DNA of 64,000 nt from the human T2T-CHM13v2.0 reference genome, Homo sapiens: the NCBI RefSeq assembly GCF_009914755.1, contig NC_060948.1; one strand, given 5' to 3'. Position 1 is the first letter of the stretch, and every line of letters begins with the position of its first letter. This document shows positions 1 to 22,438 of this stretch, piece by piece. A program made the position numbers and the translations under genes. The notes beneath the pieces are model-generated. The model worked only from the letters and a program-made list of their open reading frames with translations. It ran no database searches and had not been told where the DNA came from.

Positions 1-350
1 TTCATTTATAATATGTAGAATTATATAATCATATATAATTATTTATATTCTATAAAAAATTTTATCATTATATGAATTATAATATATAAAAATTATAATA
101 TGTACTACAAATATATATATTATATATCATATATGATATAGTACCTTTGTTATATATCATAATACATATAAATGTGTATTATGTTATCTATAATTATATA
201 ATTTCATATATAAGATGTATAATATGTATCATATATTATATATGTTATGTAATATATATAGTATATATAAGATGACACAGGATAAATATTATATACTATG
301 ACATATAAAATATATGAGGTTATATGTTACATATAATGCATAGCACATAA

Positions 351-665
<315 letters not shown>

Positions 666-1240
666 AGATCCGTATTTTTTAAATGAAAAAAAATTTCAAA
701 GGTACTCTGCTTGGTACAATAATCAAATGTATAAACTGAGGAATAAAACATAACCATGAAACCTACTTATAACTGCATATGGAAAATACAGAGGATAATT
801 TTTTAAATAACATATTTTGAAAGCCTTAACTAGTAATTTGAAGAGTTGGCATTTGAAAGGCCAGTATGAATATACCTTCAAAGCAGCAACACAGGTTCCC
901 CATGAGCAAAAGCAAACTCAGGGAAAATAAAACCACAAAGGTTCAATCTCTTCTGACCTTTGAAAGACACAGCACAGACAGTGGTCCTTAGGACGAAGAG
1001 CAGGAGACCCCTAATTCCGTCACCATGGCGATAGGGCATAAACATTGCTGGGTGAGGGCACAATCCACATTGTGAGGTCCAACTGCTGCCAGGAAGACAG
1101 GAGTGCTTTTACATAGACCGAAAGGTCATTGAAGGCTCAGAGTTTTGTTTCAAGAACTGAATCCCAAGCCCACACGTTATTAGGCTGCGCTTCTTAAAAC
1201 AAGTTATGAGATGGGAAAAAGGGCACCCACAAACATACGT
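666..1240. repeat. HSATI-type mixed-sequence block of the unit (copy 1; recurs directly after every Alu listed, last copy 63564-64000 cut by the window edge)
   Basis: Non-Alu, non-simple ~575-bp segment (...ggtactctgcttggtac...gggcacccacaaacatacg) present in all 27 copies. Its position and size match the HSATI component of DYZ2. Boundaries are approximate. Confidence 0.8.
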
Positions 1241-3080
<1,840 letters not shown>

Positions 3081-5185
3081 AGATCCATATTTTTTAAATG
3101 AAAAAAAATTTCAAAGGTACTCTGCTTGGTACAATAATCAAATGTATAAACTGAGGAATAAAACATAACCATGAAACCTACTTATAACTGCATATGGAAA
3201 ATACAGAGGATAATTTTTTAAATAACATATTTTGAAAGCCTTAACTAGTAATTTGAAGAGTTGGCATTTGAAAGGCCAGTATGAATATACCTTCAAAGCA
3301 GCAACACAGGTTCCCCATGAGAAAAAGCAAACTCAGGGAAAATAAAACCACAAAGGTTCAATCTCTTCTGACCTTTGAAAGACACAGCACAGACAGTGGT
3401 CCTTAGGACGAAGAGCAGGAGACCCCTAATTCCGTCACCATGGCGATAGGGCATAAACATAGCTGGGTGAGGGCACAATCCACATTGTGAGGTCCAACTG
3501 CTGCCAGGAAGACAGGAGTGCTTTTACATAGACCGAAAGGTCATTGAAGGCTCAGAGTTTTGTTTCAAGAACTGAATCCCAAGCCCACACGTTATTAGGC
3601 TGCGCTTCTTAAAACAAGTTATGAGATGGGAAAAAGGGCACCCACAAACATACGTATACATTATGTATATAATAATATACAGTATCATATATATAATATA
3701 TATAACCTATGTATAATATTGTTTTACATCCTGCATCTTATGTTATATATATTGTATAAAATATAATAATTGATAATATATAAGTTTTATAATTATACAA
3801 TATGACATATAGTATATATTATAATTTATGACATATATAATATATGTTATATATCATATATAGAATATATTATACGGTTAATATACGTATTAAATATAAA
3901 TTATACATTATATATATTATATATAATATATCTGTTATATATAATACCCATTATGCATAATATATATATTATGTCTATGTTATATATAGTATAAAACAAC
4001 ATATAATAATATATAATTGTATATATAAAATGCGACATATAATATATATTATATTTTATAACATATGTAATATATATTATATATTATATATAATACGTTG
4101 TATGTATAATACCTATATTAAATATATATTATATGACTATGTTATTAATTACATGTCACATGTGTTATATATTATATATTTTACATAGAATATACCGGTT
4201 AGATACAATATAAACTATGTTACCTATAATGTATAATTTATTACATGTAAAATAAAGAATGCAATATATTATGTATAATTTATAATATACAATATGTGGA
4301 TTGTGATATATATAACATATAATATATGATATATGATATACAGTATATGATATATAACATACAATATATGATTCCTAATATATATGGTATACAATATATA
4401 TTTTATGATATGTATTCTATATGTTTTATATTCTGTTATATATAACTATTTGAAATTATATATAACTGTATAATATTTTATGTAAATATGTAATATAATA
4501 TATATAACTATATAATATATTATATATAACTATATATTATGTTATGTATACTTTTATAACATAATTTACATAAAATATCATAATATAATATATATTATAT
4601 TATTTCATATTACATAATATATATTACATATCACCCAATATAACTAACATACATAATATTATAATATAGATTATATTATGTTATATTAAATATCATATAT
4701 ATCATGTATCATATATTCTATAATATATATTACACATTATATAATATGTATGTTGTCTATTATGTGATATATATAACTATATATATAATTATATTTTTAT
4801 ACATATAACTAGATAAACATGTAATTCTACATATTTTCATTTATAATATGTAGAATTATATAATCATATATAATTATTTATATTCTATAAAAAATTTTAT
4901 CATTATATAAATTATAATATATAAAAATTATAATATGTACTACAAATATATATATTATATATCATATATGATATAGTACCTTTGTTATATATCATAATAC
5001 ATATAAATGTGTATTATGTTATCTATAATTATATAATTTCATATATAAGGTGTATAATATGTATCATATATTATATATGTTATGTAATATATATAGTATA
5101 TATAAGATGACACAGGATAAATATTATATACTATGACATATAAAATATATGAGGTTATATGTTACATATAAGGCATAGCACATAA

Positions 5186-5500
<315 letters not shown>

Positions 5501-7607
5501 AGATCCATATTTTTTAAATGAAAAAAAATTTCAAAGGTACTCTGCTTGGTACAATAATCAAATGTATAAACTGAGGAATAAAACATAACCATGAAACCTA
5601 CTTATAACTGCATATGGAAAATACAGAGGATAATTTTTTAAATAACATATTTTGAAAGCCTTAACTAGTAATTTGAAGAGTTGGCATTTGAAAGGCCAGT
5701 ATGAATATACCTTCAAAGCAGCAACACAGGTTCCCCATGAGAAAAAGCAAACACAGGGAAAATAAAAACACAAAGGTTCAATCTCTTCTGACCTTTGAAA
5801 GACACAGCACAGACAGTGGTCCTTAGGACGAAGAGCAGGAGACCCCTAATTCCGTCACCATGGCGATAGGGCATAAACATTGCTGGGTGAGGGCACAATC
5901 CACATTGTGAGGTCCAACTGCTGCCAGGAAGACAGGAGTGCTTTTACATAGACCGAAAGGTCATTGAAGGCTCAGAGTTTTGTTTCAAGAACTGAATCCC
6001 AAGCCCACACGTTATTAGGCTGCGCTTCTTAAAACAAGTCATGAGATGGGAAAAAGGGCACCCACAAACATACGTATACATTATGTATATAATAATATAC
6101 AGTATCATATATATAATATATATAACCTATGTATAATATTGTTTTACATCCTGCATCTTATGTTATATATATTGTATAAAATATAATAATTGATAATATA
6201 TAAGTTTTATAATTATACAATATGACATATAGTATATATTATAATTTATGACATATATAATATATGTTATATATCATATATAGAATATATTATACGGTTA
6301 ATATACGTATTAAATATAAATTATACCTTATATATATTATATATAATATATCTGTTATATATAATACCCATTATGCATAATATATATATTATGTCTATGT
6401 TATATATAGTATAAAACAACATATAATAATATATAATTGTATATATAAAATGCGACATATAATATATATTATATTTTATAACATATGTAATATATATTAT
6501 ATATTATATATAATACGTTGTATGTATAATACCTATATTAAATATATATTATATAACTATGTTATTAATTACATGTCACATGTGTTATATATTATATATT
6601 TTACATAGAATATACCGGTTACATACAATATATACTATGTTACCTATAATGTATAATTGATTACATGTAAAATAAAGAATGCAATATATTATGTATAATT
6701 TATAATATACAATATGTGGAATGTGACATATGTAACATATAATATATGATATATGATATACAGTATATGATATATAACATACAATATATGATTCCTAATA
6801 TATATGGTATACAATATATATTTTATGATATGTATTCTATATGTTTTATATTCTGTTATATATAACTATTTGAAATTATATATAACTGTATAATATTTTA
6901 TGTAAATATGTAATATAATATATATAACTATATAATATATTATATATAACTATATATTATGTTATATATATTTTTATAACATAATTTACATAAAATATCA
7001 TAATATTATATATATTATATTATTTCATATTACATAATATATATTACATATCACCCAATATAACTAACATACATAATATTATAATATAGATTATATTATG
7101 TTATATTAAATATCATACATATCATGTATCATATATTCTATAATATATATTACACATTATATAATATGTATGTTGTCTATTATGTGATATATATAACTAT
7201 ATATATAATTATATTTTTATACATATAACTAGATAAACATGTAATTCTACATATTTTCATTTATAATATGTAGAATTATATAATCATATATAATTATTTA
7301 TATTCTATAAAAAATTTTATCATTATATAAATTATAATATATAAAAATTATAATATGTACTACAAATATATATATATTATATATAATATATGATATAGTA
7401 CCTTTGTTATATATCATAATACATATAAATGTGTATTATATTATCTATAATTATATAATTTCATATATAAGATGTATAATATGTATCATATAATATATAT
7501 GTTATGTAATATATATAGTATATATAAGATGACACAGGATAAATATTATATACTATGACATATAAAATATATGAGGTTATATGTTACATATAAGGCATAG
7601 CACATAA

Positions 7608-7922
<315 letters not shown>

Positions 7923-10025
7923 AGATCCATATTTTTTAAATGAAAAAAAATTTCAAAGGTACTCTGCTTGGTACAATAATCAAATGTATAAACTGAGGAA
8001 TAAAACATAACCATGAAACCTACTTATAACTGCATATGGAAAATACAGAGGATAATTTTTTAAATAACATATTTTGAAAGCCTTAACTAGTAATTTGAAG
8101 AGTTGGCATTTGAAAGGCCAGTATGAATATACCTTCAAAGCAGCAACACAGGTTCCCCATGAGAAAAAGCAAACACAGGGAAAATAAAAACACAAAGGTT
8201 CAATCTCTTCTGACCTTTGAAAGACACAGCACAGACAGTGGTCCTTAGGACGAAGAGCAGGAGACCCCTAATTCCGTCACCATGGCGATAGGGCATAAAC
8301 ATTGCTGGGTGAGGGCACAATCCACATTGTGAGGTCCAACTGCTGCCAGGAAGACAGGAGTGCTTTTACATAGACCGAAAGGTCATTGAAGGCTCAGAGT
8401 TTTGTTTCAAGAACTGAATCCCAAGCCCACACGTTATTAGGCTGCGCTTCTTAAAACAAGTTATGAGATGGGAAAAAGGGCACCCACAAACATACGTATA
8501 CATTATGTATATAATAATATACAGTATCATATATATAATATATAACCTATGCATAATATTGTTTTACATCCTGCATCTTATGTTATATATATTGTATAAA
8601 ATATAATAATTGATAATATATAAGTTTTATAATTATACAATATGACATATAGTATATATTATAATTTATGACATATATAATATATGTTATATATCATATA
8701 TAGAATATATTATACGGTTAATATACGTATTAAATATAAATTATACCTTATATATATTATATATAATATATCTGTTATATATAATACCCATTATGCATAA
8801 TATATATATTATGTCTATGTTATATATAGTATAAAACAACATATAATAATATATAATTGTATATATAAAATGCGACATATAATATATATTATATTTTATA
8901 ACATATGTAATATATATTATATATTATATATAATACGTTGTATGTATAATACCTATATTAAATATATATTATATAACTATGTTATTAATTACATGTCACA
9001 TGTGTTATATATTATATATTTTACATAGAATATACCGGTTACATACAATATATACTATGTTACCTATAATGTAAAATTGATTACATGTAAAATAAAGAAT
9101 GCAATATATTATGTATAATTTATAATATACAATATGTGGAATGTGACATATGTAACATATAATATATGATATATGATATACAGTATATGATATATAACAT
9201 ACAATATATGATTCCTAATATATATGGTATACAATATATATTTTATGATATGTATTCTATATGTTTTATATTCTGTTATATATAACTATTTGAAATTATA
9301 TATAACTGTATAATATTTTATGTAAATATGTAATATAATATATATAACTATATAATATATTATATATAACTATATATTATGTTATATATACTTTTATAAC
9401 ATAATTTACATAAAATATCATAATATAATATATATTATATTATTTCATATTACATAATATATATTACATATCACCCAATATAACTAACATACATAATATT
9501 ATAATATAGATTATATTATGTTATATTAAATATCATATATATCATGTATCATATATTCTATAATAGATAGTACACATTATATAATATGTATGTTGTCTAT
9601 TATGTGATATATATAACTATATATATAATTATATTTTTATACATATAACTAGATAAACATGTAATTCTACATATTTTCATTTATAATATGTAGAATTATA
9701 TAATCATATATAATTATTTATATTCTATAAAAAATTTTATCATTATATAAATTATAATATATAAAAATTATAATATGTACTACAAATATATATATTATAT
9801 ATCATATATGATATAGTACCTTTGTTATATATCATAATACATATAAATGTGTATTATGTTATCTATAATTATATAATTTCATATATAAGGTGTATAATAT
9901 GTATCATATATTATATATGTTATGTAATATATATAGTATATATAAGATGACACAGGATAAATATTATATACTATGACATATAAAATATATGAGGTTATAT
10001 GTTACATATAAGGCATAGCACATAA

Positions 10026-10340
<315 letters not shown>

Positions 10341-12445
10341 AGATCCATATTTTTTAAATGAAAAAAAATTTCAAAGGTACTCTGCTTGGTACAATAATCA
10401 AATGTATAAACTGAGGAATAAAACATAACCATGAAACCTACTTATAACTGCATATGGAAAATACAGAGGATAATTTTTTAAATAACATATTTTGAAAGCC
10501 TTAACTAGTAATTTGAAGAGTTGGCATTTGAAAGGCCAGTATGAATATACCTTCAAAGCAGCAACACAGGTTCCCCATGAGAAAAAGCAAACACAGGGAA
10601 AATAAAAACACAAAGGTTCAATCTCTTCTGACCTTTGAAAGACACAGCACAGACAGTGGTCCTTAGGACGAAGAGCAGGAGACCCCTAATTCCGTCACCA
10701 TGGCGATAGGGCATAAACATTGCTGGGTGAGGGCACAATCCACATTGTGAGGTCCAACTGCTGCCAGGAAGACAGGAGTGCTTTTACATAGACCGAAAGG
10801 TCATTGAAGGCTCAGAGTTTTGTTTCAAGAACTGAATCCCAAGCCCACACGTTATTAGGCTGCGCTTCTTAAAACAAGTTATGAGATGGGAAAAAGGGCA
10901 CCCACAAACATACGTATACATTATGTATATAATAATATACAGTATCATATATATAATATATATAACCTATGTATAATATTGTTTTACATCCTGCATCTTA
11001 TGTTATATATATTGTATAAAATATAATAATTGATAATATATAAGTTTTATAATTATACAATATGACATATAGTATATATTATAATTTATGACATATATAA
11101 TATATGTTATATATCATATATAGAATATATTATACGGTTAATATACGTATTAAATATAAATTATACCTTATATATATTATATATAATATATCTGTTATAT
11201 ATAATACCCATTATGCATAATATATATATTATGTCTATGATATATATAGTATAAAACAACATATAATAATATATAATTGTATATATAAAATGCGACATAT
11301 AATATATATTATATTTTATAACATATGTAATATATATTATATATTATATATAATACGTTGTATGTATAATACCTATATTAAATATATATTATATAACTAT
11401 GTTATTAATTACATGTCACATGTGTTATATATTATATATTTTACATAGAATATACCGGTTACATACAATATATACTATGTTACCTATAATGTATAATTGA
11501 TTACATGTAAAATAAAGAATGCAATATATTATGTATAATTTATAATATACAATATGTGGAATGTGACATATGTAACATATAATATATGATATATGATATA
11601 CAGTATATGATATATAACATACAATATATGATTCCTAATATATATGGTATACAATATATATTTTATGATATGTATTCTATATGTTTTATATTCTGTTATA
11701 TATAACTATTTGAAATTATATATAACTGTATAATATTTTATGTAAATATGTAATATAATATATATAACTATATAATATATTATATATAACTATATATTAT
11801 GTTATATATACTTTTATAACATAATTTACATAAAATATCATAATATAATATATATTATATTATTTCATATTACATAATATATATTACATATCACCCAATA
11901 TAACTAACATACATAATATTATAATATAGATTATATTATGTTATATTAAATATCATACATATCATGTATCATATATTCTATAATAGATAGTACACATTAT
12001 ATAATATGTATGTTGTCTATTATGTGATATATATAACTATATATATAATTATATTTTTATACATATAACTAGATAAACATGTAATTCTACATATTTTCAT
12101 TTATAATATGTAGAATTATATAATCATATATAATTATTTATATTCTATAAAAAATTTTATCATTATATAAATTATAATATATAAAAATTATAATATGTAC
12201 TACAAATATATATATTATATATCATATATGATATAGTACCTTTGTTATATATCATAATACATATAAATGTGTATTATGTTATCTATAATTATATAATTTC
12301 ATATATAAGGTGTATAATATGTATCATATATTATATATGTTATGTAATATATATAGTATATATAAGATGACACAGGATAAATATTATATACTATGACATA
12401 TAAAATATATGAGGTTATATGTTACATATAAGGCATAGCACATAA

Positions 12446-12760
<315 letters not shown>

Positions 12761-14863
12761 AGATCCATATTTTTTAAATGAAAAAAAATTTCAAAGGTAC
12801 TCTGCTTGGTACAATAATCAAATGTATAAACTGAGGAATAAAACATAACCATGAAACCTACTTATAACTGCATATGGAAAATACAGAGGATAATTTTTTA
12901 AATAACATATTTTGAAAGCCTTAACTAGTAATTTGAAGAGTTGGCATTTGAAAGGCCAGTATGAATATACCTTCAAAGCAGCAACACAGGTTCCCCATGA
13001 GAAAAAGCAAACACAGGGAAAATAAAAACACAAAGGTTCAATCTCTTCTGACCTTTGAAAGACACAGCACAGACAGTGGTCCTTAGGACGAAGAGCAGGA
13101 GACCCCTAATTCCGTCACCATGGCGATAGGGCATAAACATTGCTGGGTGAGGGCACAATCCACATTGTGAGGTCCAACTGCTGCCAGGAAGACAGGAGTG
13201 CTTTTACATAGACCGAAAGGTCATTGAAGGCTCAGAGTTTTGTTTCAAGAACTGAATCCCAAGCCCACACGTTATTAGGCTGCGCTTCTTAAAACAAGTT
13301 ATGAGATGGGAAAAAGGGCACCCACAAACATACGTATACATTATGTATATAATAATATACAGTATCATATATATAATATATAACCTATGTATAATATTGT
13401 TTTACATCCTGCATCTTATGTTATATATATTGTATAAAATATAATAATTGATAATATATAAGTTTTATAATTATACAATATGACATATAGTATATATTAT
13501 AATTTATGACATATATAATATATGTTATATATCATATATAGAATATATTATACGGTTAATATACGTATTAAATATAAATTATACCTTATATATATTATAT
13601 ATAATATATCTGTTATATATAATACCCATTATGCATAATATATATATTATGTCTATGTTATATATAGTATAAAACAACATATAATAATATATAATTGTAT
13701 ATATAAAATGCGACATATAATATATATTATATTTTATAACATATGTAATATATATTATATATTATATATAATACGTTGTATGTATAATACCTATATTAAA
13801 TATATATTATATAACTATGTTATTAATTACATGTCACATGTGTTATATATTATATATTTTACATAGAATATACCGGTTACATACAATATATACTATGTTA
13901 CCTATAATGTATAATTGATTACATGTAAAATAAAGAATGCAATATATTATGTATAATTTATAATATACAATATGTGGAATGTGACATATGTAACATATAA
14001 TATATGATATATGATATACAGTATATGATATATAACATACAATATATGATTCCTAATATATATGGTATACAATATATATTTTATGATATGTATTCTATAT
14101 GTTTTATATTCTGTTATATATAACTATTTGAAATTATATATAACTGTATAATATTTTATGTAAATATGTAATATAATATATATAACTATATAATATATTA
14201 TATATAACTATATATTATGTTATATATACTTTTATAACATAATTTACATAAAATATCATAATATAATATATATTATATTATTTCATATTACATAATATAT
14301 ATTACATATCACCCAATATAACTAACATACACAATATTATAATATAGATTATATTATGTTATATTAAATATCATATATATCATGTATCATATATTCTATA
14401 ATAGATAGTACACATTATATAATATGTATGTTGTCTATTATGTGATATATATAACTATATATATAATTATATTTTTATACATATAACTAGATAAACATGT
14501 AATTCTACATATTTTCATTTATAATATGTAGAATTATATAATCATATATAATTATTTATATTCTATAAAAAATTTTATCATTATATAAATTATAATATAT
14601 AAAAATTATAATATGTACTACAAATATATATATTATATATCATATATGATATAGTACCTTTGTTATATATCATAATACATATAAATGTGTATTATGTTAT
14701 CTATAATTATATAATTTCATATATAAGGTGTATAATATGTATCATATATTATATATGTTATGTAATATATATAGTATATATAAGATGACACAGGATAAAT
14801 ATTATATACTATGACATATAAAATATATGAGGTTATATGTTACATATAAGGCATAGCACATAA

Positions 14864-15178
<315 letters not shown>

Positions 15179-17283
15179 AGATCCGTATTTTTTAAATGAA
15201 AAAAAATTTCAAAGGTACTCTGCTTGGTACAATAATCAAATGTATAAACTGAGGAATAAAACATAACCATGAAACCTACTTATAACTGCATATGGAAAAT
15301 ACAGAGGATAATTTTTTAAATAACATATTTTGAAAGCCTTAACTAGTAATTTGAAGAGTTGGCATTTGAAAGGCCAGTATGAATATACCTTCAAAGCAGC
15401 AACACAGGTTCCCCATGAGAAAAAGCAAACACAGGGAAAATAAAAACACAAAGGTTCAATCTCTTCTGACCTTTGAAAGACACAGCACAGACAGTGGTCC
15501 TTAGGACGAAGAGCAGGAGACCCCTAATTCCGTCACCATGGCGATAGGGCATAAACATTGCTGGGTGAGGGTACAATCCACATTGTGAGGTCCAACTGCT
15601 GCCAGGAAGACAGGAGTGCTTTTACATAGACCGAAAGGTCATTGAAGGCTCAGAGTTTTGTTTCAAGAACTGAATCCCAAGCCCACACGTTATTAGGCTG
15701 CGCTTCTTAAAACAAGTTATGAGATGGGAAAAAGGGCACCCACAAACATACGTATACATTATGTATATAATAATATACGGTATCATATATATAATATATA
15801 TAACCTATGTATAATATTGTTTTACATCCTGCATCTTATGTTATATATATTGTATAAAATATAATAATTGATAATATATAAGTTTTATAATTATACAATA
15901 TGACATATAGTATATATTATAATTTATGACATATATAATGTATGTTATATATCATATATAGAGTATATTATACGGTTAATATACGTATTAAATATAAATT
16001 ATACATTATATATATTATATATAATATATCTGTTATATATAATACCCATTATGCATAATATATATATTATGTCTATGTTATATATAGTATAAAACAACAT
16101 ATAATAATATATAATTGTATATATAAAATGCGACATAGAATATATATTATATTTTATAACATATGTAATATATATTATATATTTTATATAATACGTTGTA
16201 TGTATAATACCTATATTAAATATATATTATATGACTATGTTATTAATTACATGTCACATGTGTTATATATTATATATTTTACATAGAATATACCGGTTAC
16301 ATACAATATATACTATGTTACCTGTAATGTATAATTGATTACATGTAAAATAAAGAATGCAATATATTATGTAAAATTTATAATATACAATATGTGGAAT
16401 GTGATATATGTAATATATAATATATGATATATGATATACAGTATATGATATATAACATACAATATATGATTCCTAATATATATGGTATACAATATATATT
16501 TTATGATATGTATTCTATATGTTTTATATTCTGTTATATATAACTATTTGAAATTATATATAACTGTATAATATTTTATGTAAATATGTAATATAATATA
16601 TATAACTATATAATATATTATATATAACTATATATTATGTTATGTATACTTTTATAACATAATTTACATAAAATATCATAATATAATATATATTATATTA
16701 TTTCATATTACATAATATATATTACATATCACCCAATATAACTAACATACATAATATTATAATATAGATTATATTATGTTATATTAAATATCATATATAT
16801 CATGTATCATATATTCTATAATAGATAGTACACATTATATAATATGTATGTTGTCTATTATGTGATATATATAACTGTATATATAATTATATTTTTATAC
16901 ATATAACTAGATAAACATGTAATTCTACATATTTTCATTTATAATATGTAGAATTATATAATCATATATAATTATTTATATTCTATAAAAAATTTTATCA
17001 TTATATAAATTATAATATATAAAAATTATAATATGTACTACAAATATATATATTATATATCATATATGATATAGTACCTTTGTTATATATCATAATACAT
17101 ATAAATGTGTATTATGTTATCTATAATTATATAATTTCATATATAAGGTGTATAATATGTATCATATATTATATATGTTATGTAATATATATAGTATATA
17201 TAAGATGACACAGGATAAATATTATATACTATGACATATAAAATATATGAGGTTATATGTTACATATAAGGCATAGCACATAA

Positions 17284-17598
<315 letters not shown>

Positions 17599-19704
17599 AG
17601 ATCCATATTTTTTAAATGAAAAAAAATTTCAAAGGTACTCTGCTTGGTACAATAATCAAATGTATAAACTGAGGAATAAAACATAACCATGAAACCTACT
17701 TATAACTGCATATGGAAAATACAGAGGATAATTTTTTAAATAACATATTTTGAAAGCCTTAACTAGTAATTTGAAGAGTTGGCATTTGAAAGGCCAGTAT
17801 GAATATACCTTCAAAGCAGCAACACAGGTTCCCCATGAGAAAAAGCAAACACAGGGAAAATAAAAACACAAAGGTTCAATCTCTTCTGACCTTTGAAAGA
17901 CACAGCACAGACAGTGGTCCTTAGGACGAAGAGCAGGAGACCCCTAATTCCGTCACCATGGCGATAGGGCATAAACATTGCTGGGTGAGGGCACAATCCA
18001 CATTGTGAGGTCCAACTGCTGCCAGGAAGACAGGAGTGCTTTTACATAGACCGAAAGGTCATTGAAGGCTCAGAGTTTTGTTTCAAGAACTGAATCCCAA
18101 GCCCACACGTTATTAGGCTGCGCTTCTTAAAACAAGTTATGAGATGGGAAAAAGGGCACCCACAAACATACGTATACATTATGTATATAATAATATACAG
18201 TATCATATATATAATATATATAACCTATGTATAATATTGTTTTACATCCTGCATCTTATGTTATATATATTGTATAAAATATAATAATTGATAATATATA
18301 AGTTATATAATTATACAATATGACATATAGTATATATTATAATTTATGACATATATAATATATGTTATATATCATATATAGAATATATTATACGGTTAAT
18401 ATACGTATTAAATATAAATTATACCTTATATATATTATATATAATATATCTGTTATATATAATACCCATTATGCATAATATATATATTATGTCTATGTTA
18501 TATATAGTATAAAACAACATATAATAATATATAATTGTATATATAAAATGCGACATATAATATATATTATATTTTATAACATATGTAATATATATTATAT
18601 ATTATATATAATACGTTGTATGTATAATACCTATATTAAATAGATATTATATGACTATGTTATTAATTACATGTCACATGTGTTATATATTATATATTTT
18701 ACATAGAATATACCGGTTACATACAATATATACTATGTTACCTATAATGTATAATTTATTACATGTAAAATAAAGAATGCAATATATTATGTATAATTTA
18801 TAATATACAATATGTGGAATGTGACATATGTAACATATAATATATGATATATGATATACAGTATATGATATATAACATACAATATATGATTCCTAATATA
18901 TATGGTATACAATATATATTTTATGATATGTATTCTATATGTTTTATATTCTGTTATATATAACTATTTGAAATTATATATAACTGTATAATATTTTATG
19001 TAAATATGTAATATAATATATATAACTATAGAATATATTATATATAACTATATATTATGTTATATATACTTTTATAACATAATTTACATAAAATATCATA
19101 ATATAATATATATTATATTATTTCATATTACAAAATATATATTACATATCACCCAATATAACTAACATACATAATATTATAATATAGATTATATTATGTT
19201 ATATTAAATATCATATATATCATGTATCATATATTCTATAATATATATTACACATTATATAATATGTATGTTGTCTATTATGTGATATATATAACTATAT
19301 ATATAATTATATTTTTATACATATAACTAGATAAACATGTAATTCTACATATTTTCATTTATAATATGTAGAATTATATAATCATATATAATTATTTATA
19401 TTCTATAAATATTTTATCATTATATAAATTATAATATATAAAAATTATAATATGTACTACAAATATATATATATTATATATCATATATGATATAGTACCT
19501 TTGTTATATATCATAATACATATAAATGTGTATTATGTTATCTATAATTATATAATTTCATATATAAGATGTATAATATGTATCATATATTATATATGTT
19601 ATGTAATATATATAGTATATATAAGATGACACAGGATAAATATTATATACTATGACATATAAAATATATGAGGTTATATGTTACATATAAGGCATAGCAC
19701 ATAA

Positions 19705-20019
<315 letters not shown>

Positions 20020-22123
20020 AGATCCATATTTTTTAAATGAAAAAAAATTTCAAAGGTACTCTGCTTGGTACAATAATCAAATGTATAAACTGAGGAATAA
20101 AACATAACCATGAAACCTACTTATAACTGCATATGGAAAATACAGAGGATAATTTTTTAAATAACATATTTTGAAAGCCTTAACTAGTAATTTGAAGAGT
20201 TGGCATTTGAAAGGCCAGTATGAATATACCTTCAAAGCAGCAACACAGGTTCCCCATGAGAAAAAGCAAACACAGGGAAAATAAAAACACAAAGGTTCAA
20301 TCTCTTCTGACCTTTGAAAGACACAGCACAGACAGTGGTCCTTAGGACGAAGAGCAGGAGACCCCTAATTCCGTCACCATGGCGATAGGGCATAAACATT
20401 GCTGGGTGAGGGCACAATCCACATTGTGAGGTCCAACTGCTGCCAGGAAGACAGGAGTGCTTTTACATAGACCGAAAGGTCATTGAAGGCTCAGAGTTTT
20501 GTTTCAAGAACTGAATCCCAAGCCCACACGTTATTAGGCTGCGCTTCTTAAAACAAGTTATGAGATGGGAAAAAGGGCACCCACAAACATACGTATACAT
20601 TATGTATATAATAATATACAGTATCATATATATAATATATATAACCTATGTATAATATTGTTTTACATCCTGCATCTTATGTTATATATATTGTATAAAA
20701 TATAATAATTGATAATATATAAGTTTTATAATTATACAATATGACATATAGTATATATTATAATTTATGACATATATAATATATGTTATATGTCACATAT
20801 AGAATATATTATACGGTTAATATACGTATTAAATATAAATTATACATTATATATATTATATATAATATATCTGTTATATATAATACCCATTATGCATAAT
20901 ATATATATTATGTCTATGTTATATATAGTATAAAACAACATATAATAATATATAATTGTATATATAAAATGCGACATATAATATATATTATATTTTATAA
21001 CATATGTAATATATATTATATATTATATATAATACGTTGTATGTATAATACCTATATTAAATATATATTATATGACTATGTTATTAATTACATGTCACAT
21101 GTGTTATATATTATATATTTTACATAGAATATACCGGTTACATACAATATATACTATGTTACCTATAATGTATAATTTATTACATGTAAATTAAAGAATG
21201 CAATATATTATGTAAAATTTATAATATACCATATGTGGAATGTGATATATATAACATATAATATATGATATATGATGTACAGTATATGATATATAACATA
21301 CAATATATGATTCCTAATATATATGGTATACAATATATATTTTATGATATGTATTCTATATGTTTTATATTCTGTTATATATAACTATTTGAAATTATAT
21401 ATAACTGTATAATATTTTATGTAAATATGTAATATAATATATATAACTATATAATATATTATATATAACTATATATTATGTTATATATACTTTTATAACA
21501 TAATTTACATAAAATATCATAATATAATATATATTATATTATTTCATATTACATAAAATATATTACATATCACCCAATATAACTAACATACATAATATTA
21601 TAATATAGATTATATTATGTTATAATAAATATCATATATATCATATATCATATATTCTATAATATATATTACACATTATATAATATGTATGTTGTCTATT
21701 ATGTGATATATATAACTATATATATAATTATATTTGTATACATATAACTAGATAAACATGTAATTCTACATATTTTCATTTATAATATGTAGAATTATAT
21801 AATCATATATAATTATTTATATTCTAAAAAAATTTTATCATTATATAAATTATTATATATAAAAACTATAATATGTACTACAAATATATATATTATATAT
21901 CATATATGCTATAGTACCTTTGTTATATATCATAATACATATAAATGTGTATTATGTTATCTATAATTATATAATTTCATATATAAGTTGTATAATATGT
22001 ATCATATATTATATATGTTATGTAATATATATAGTATATATAAGATGACACAGGATAAATATTATATACTATGACATATAAAATATATGAGGTTATATGT
22101 TACATATAAGGCATAGCACATAA

Positions 22124-22438
<315 letters not shown>

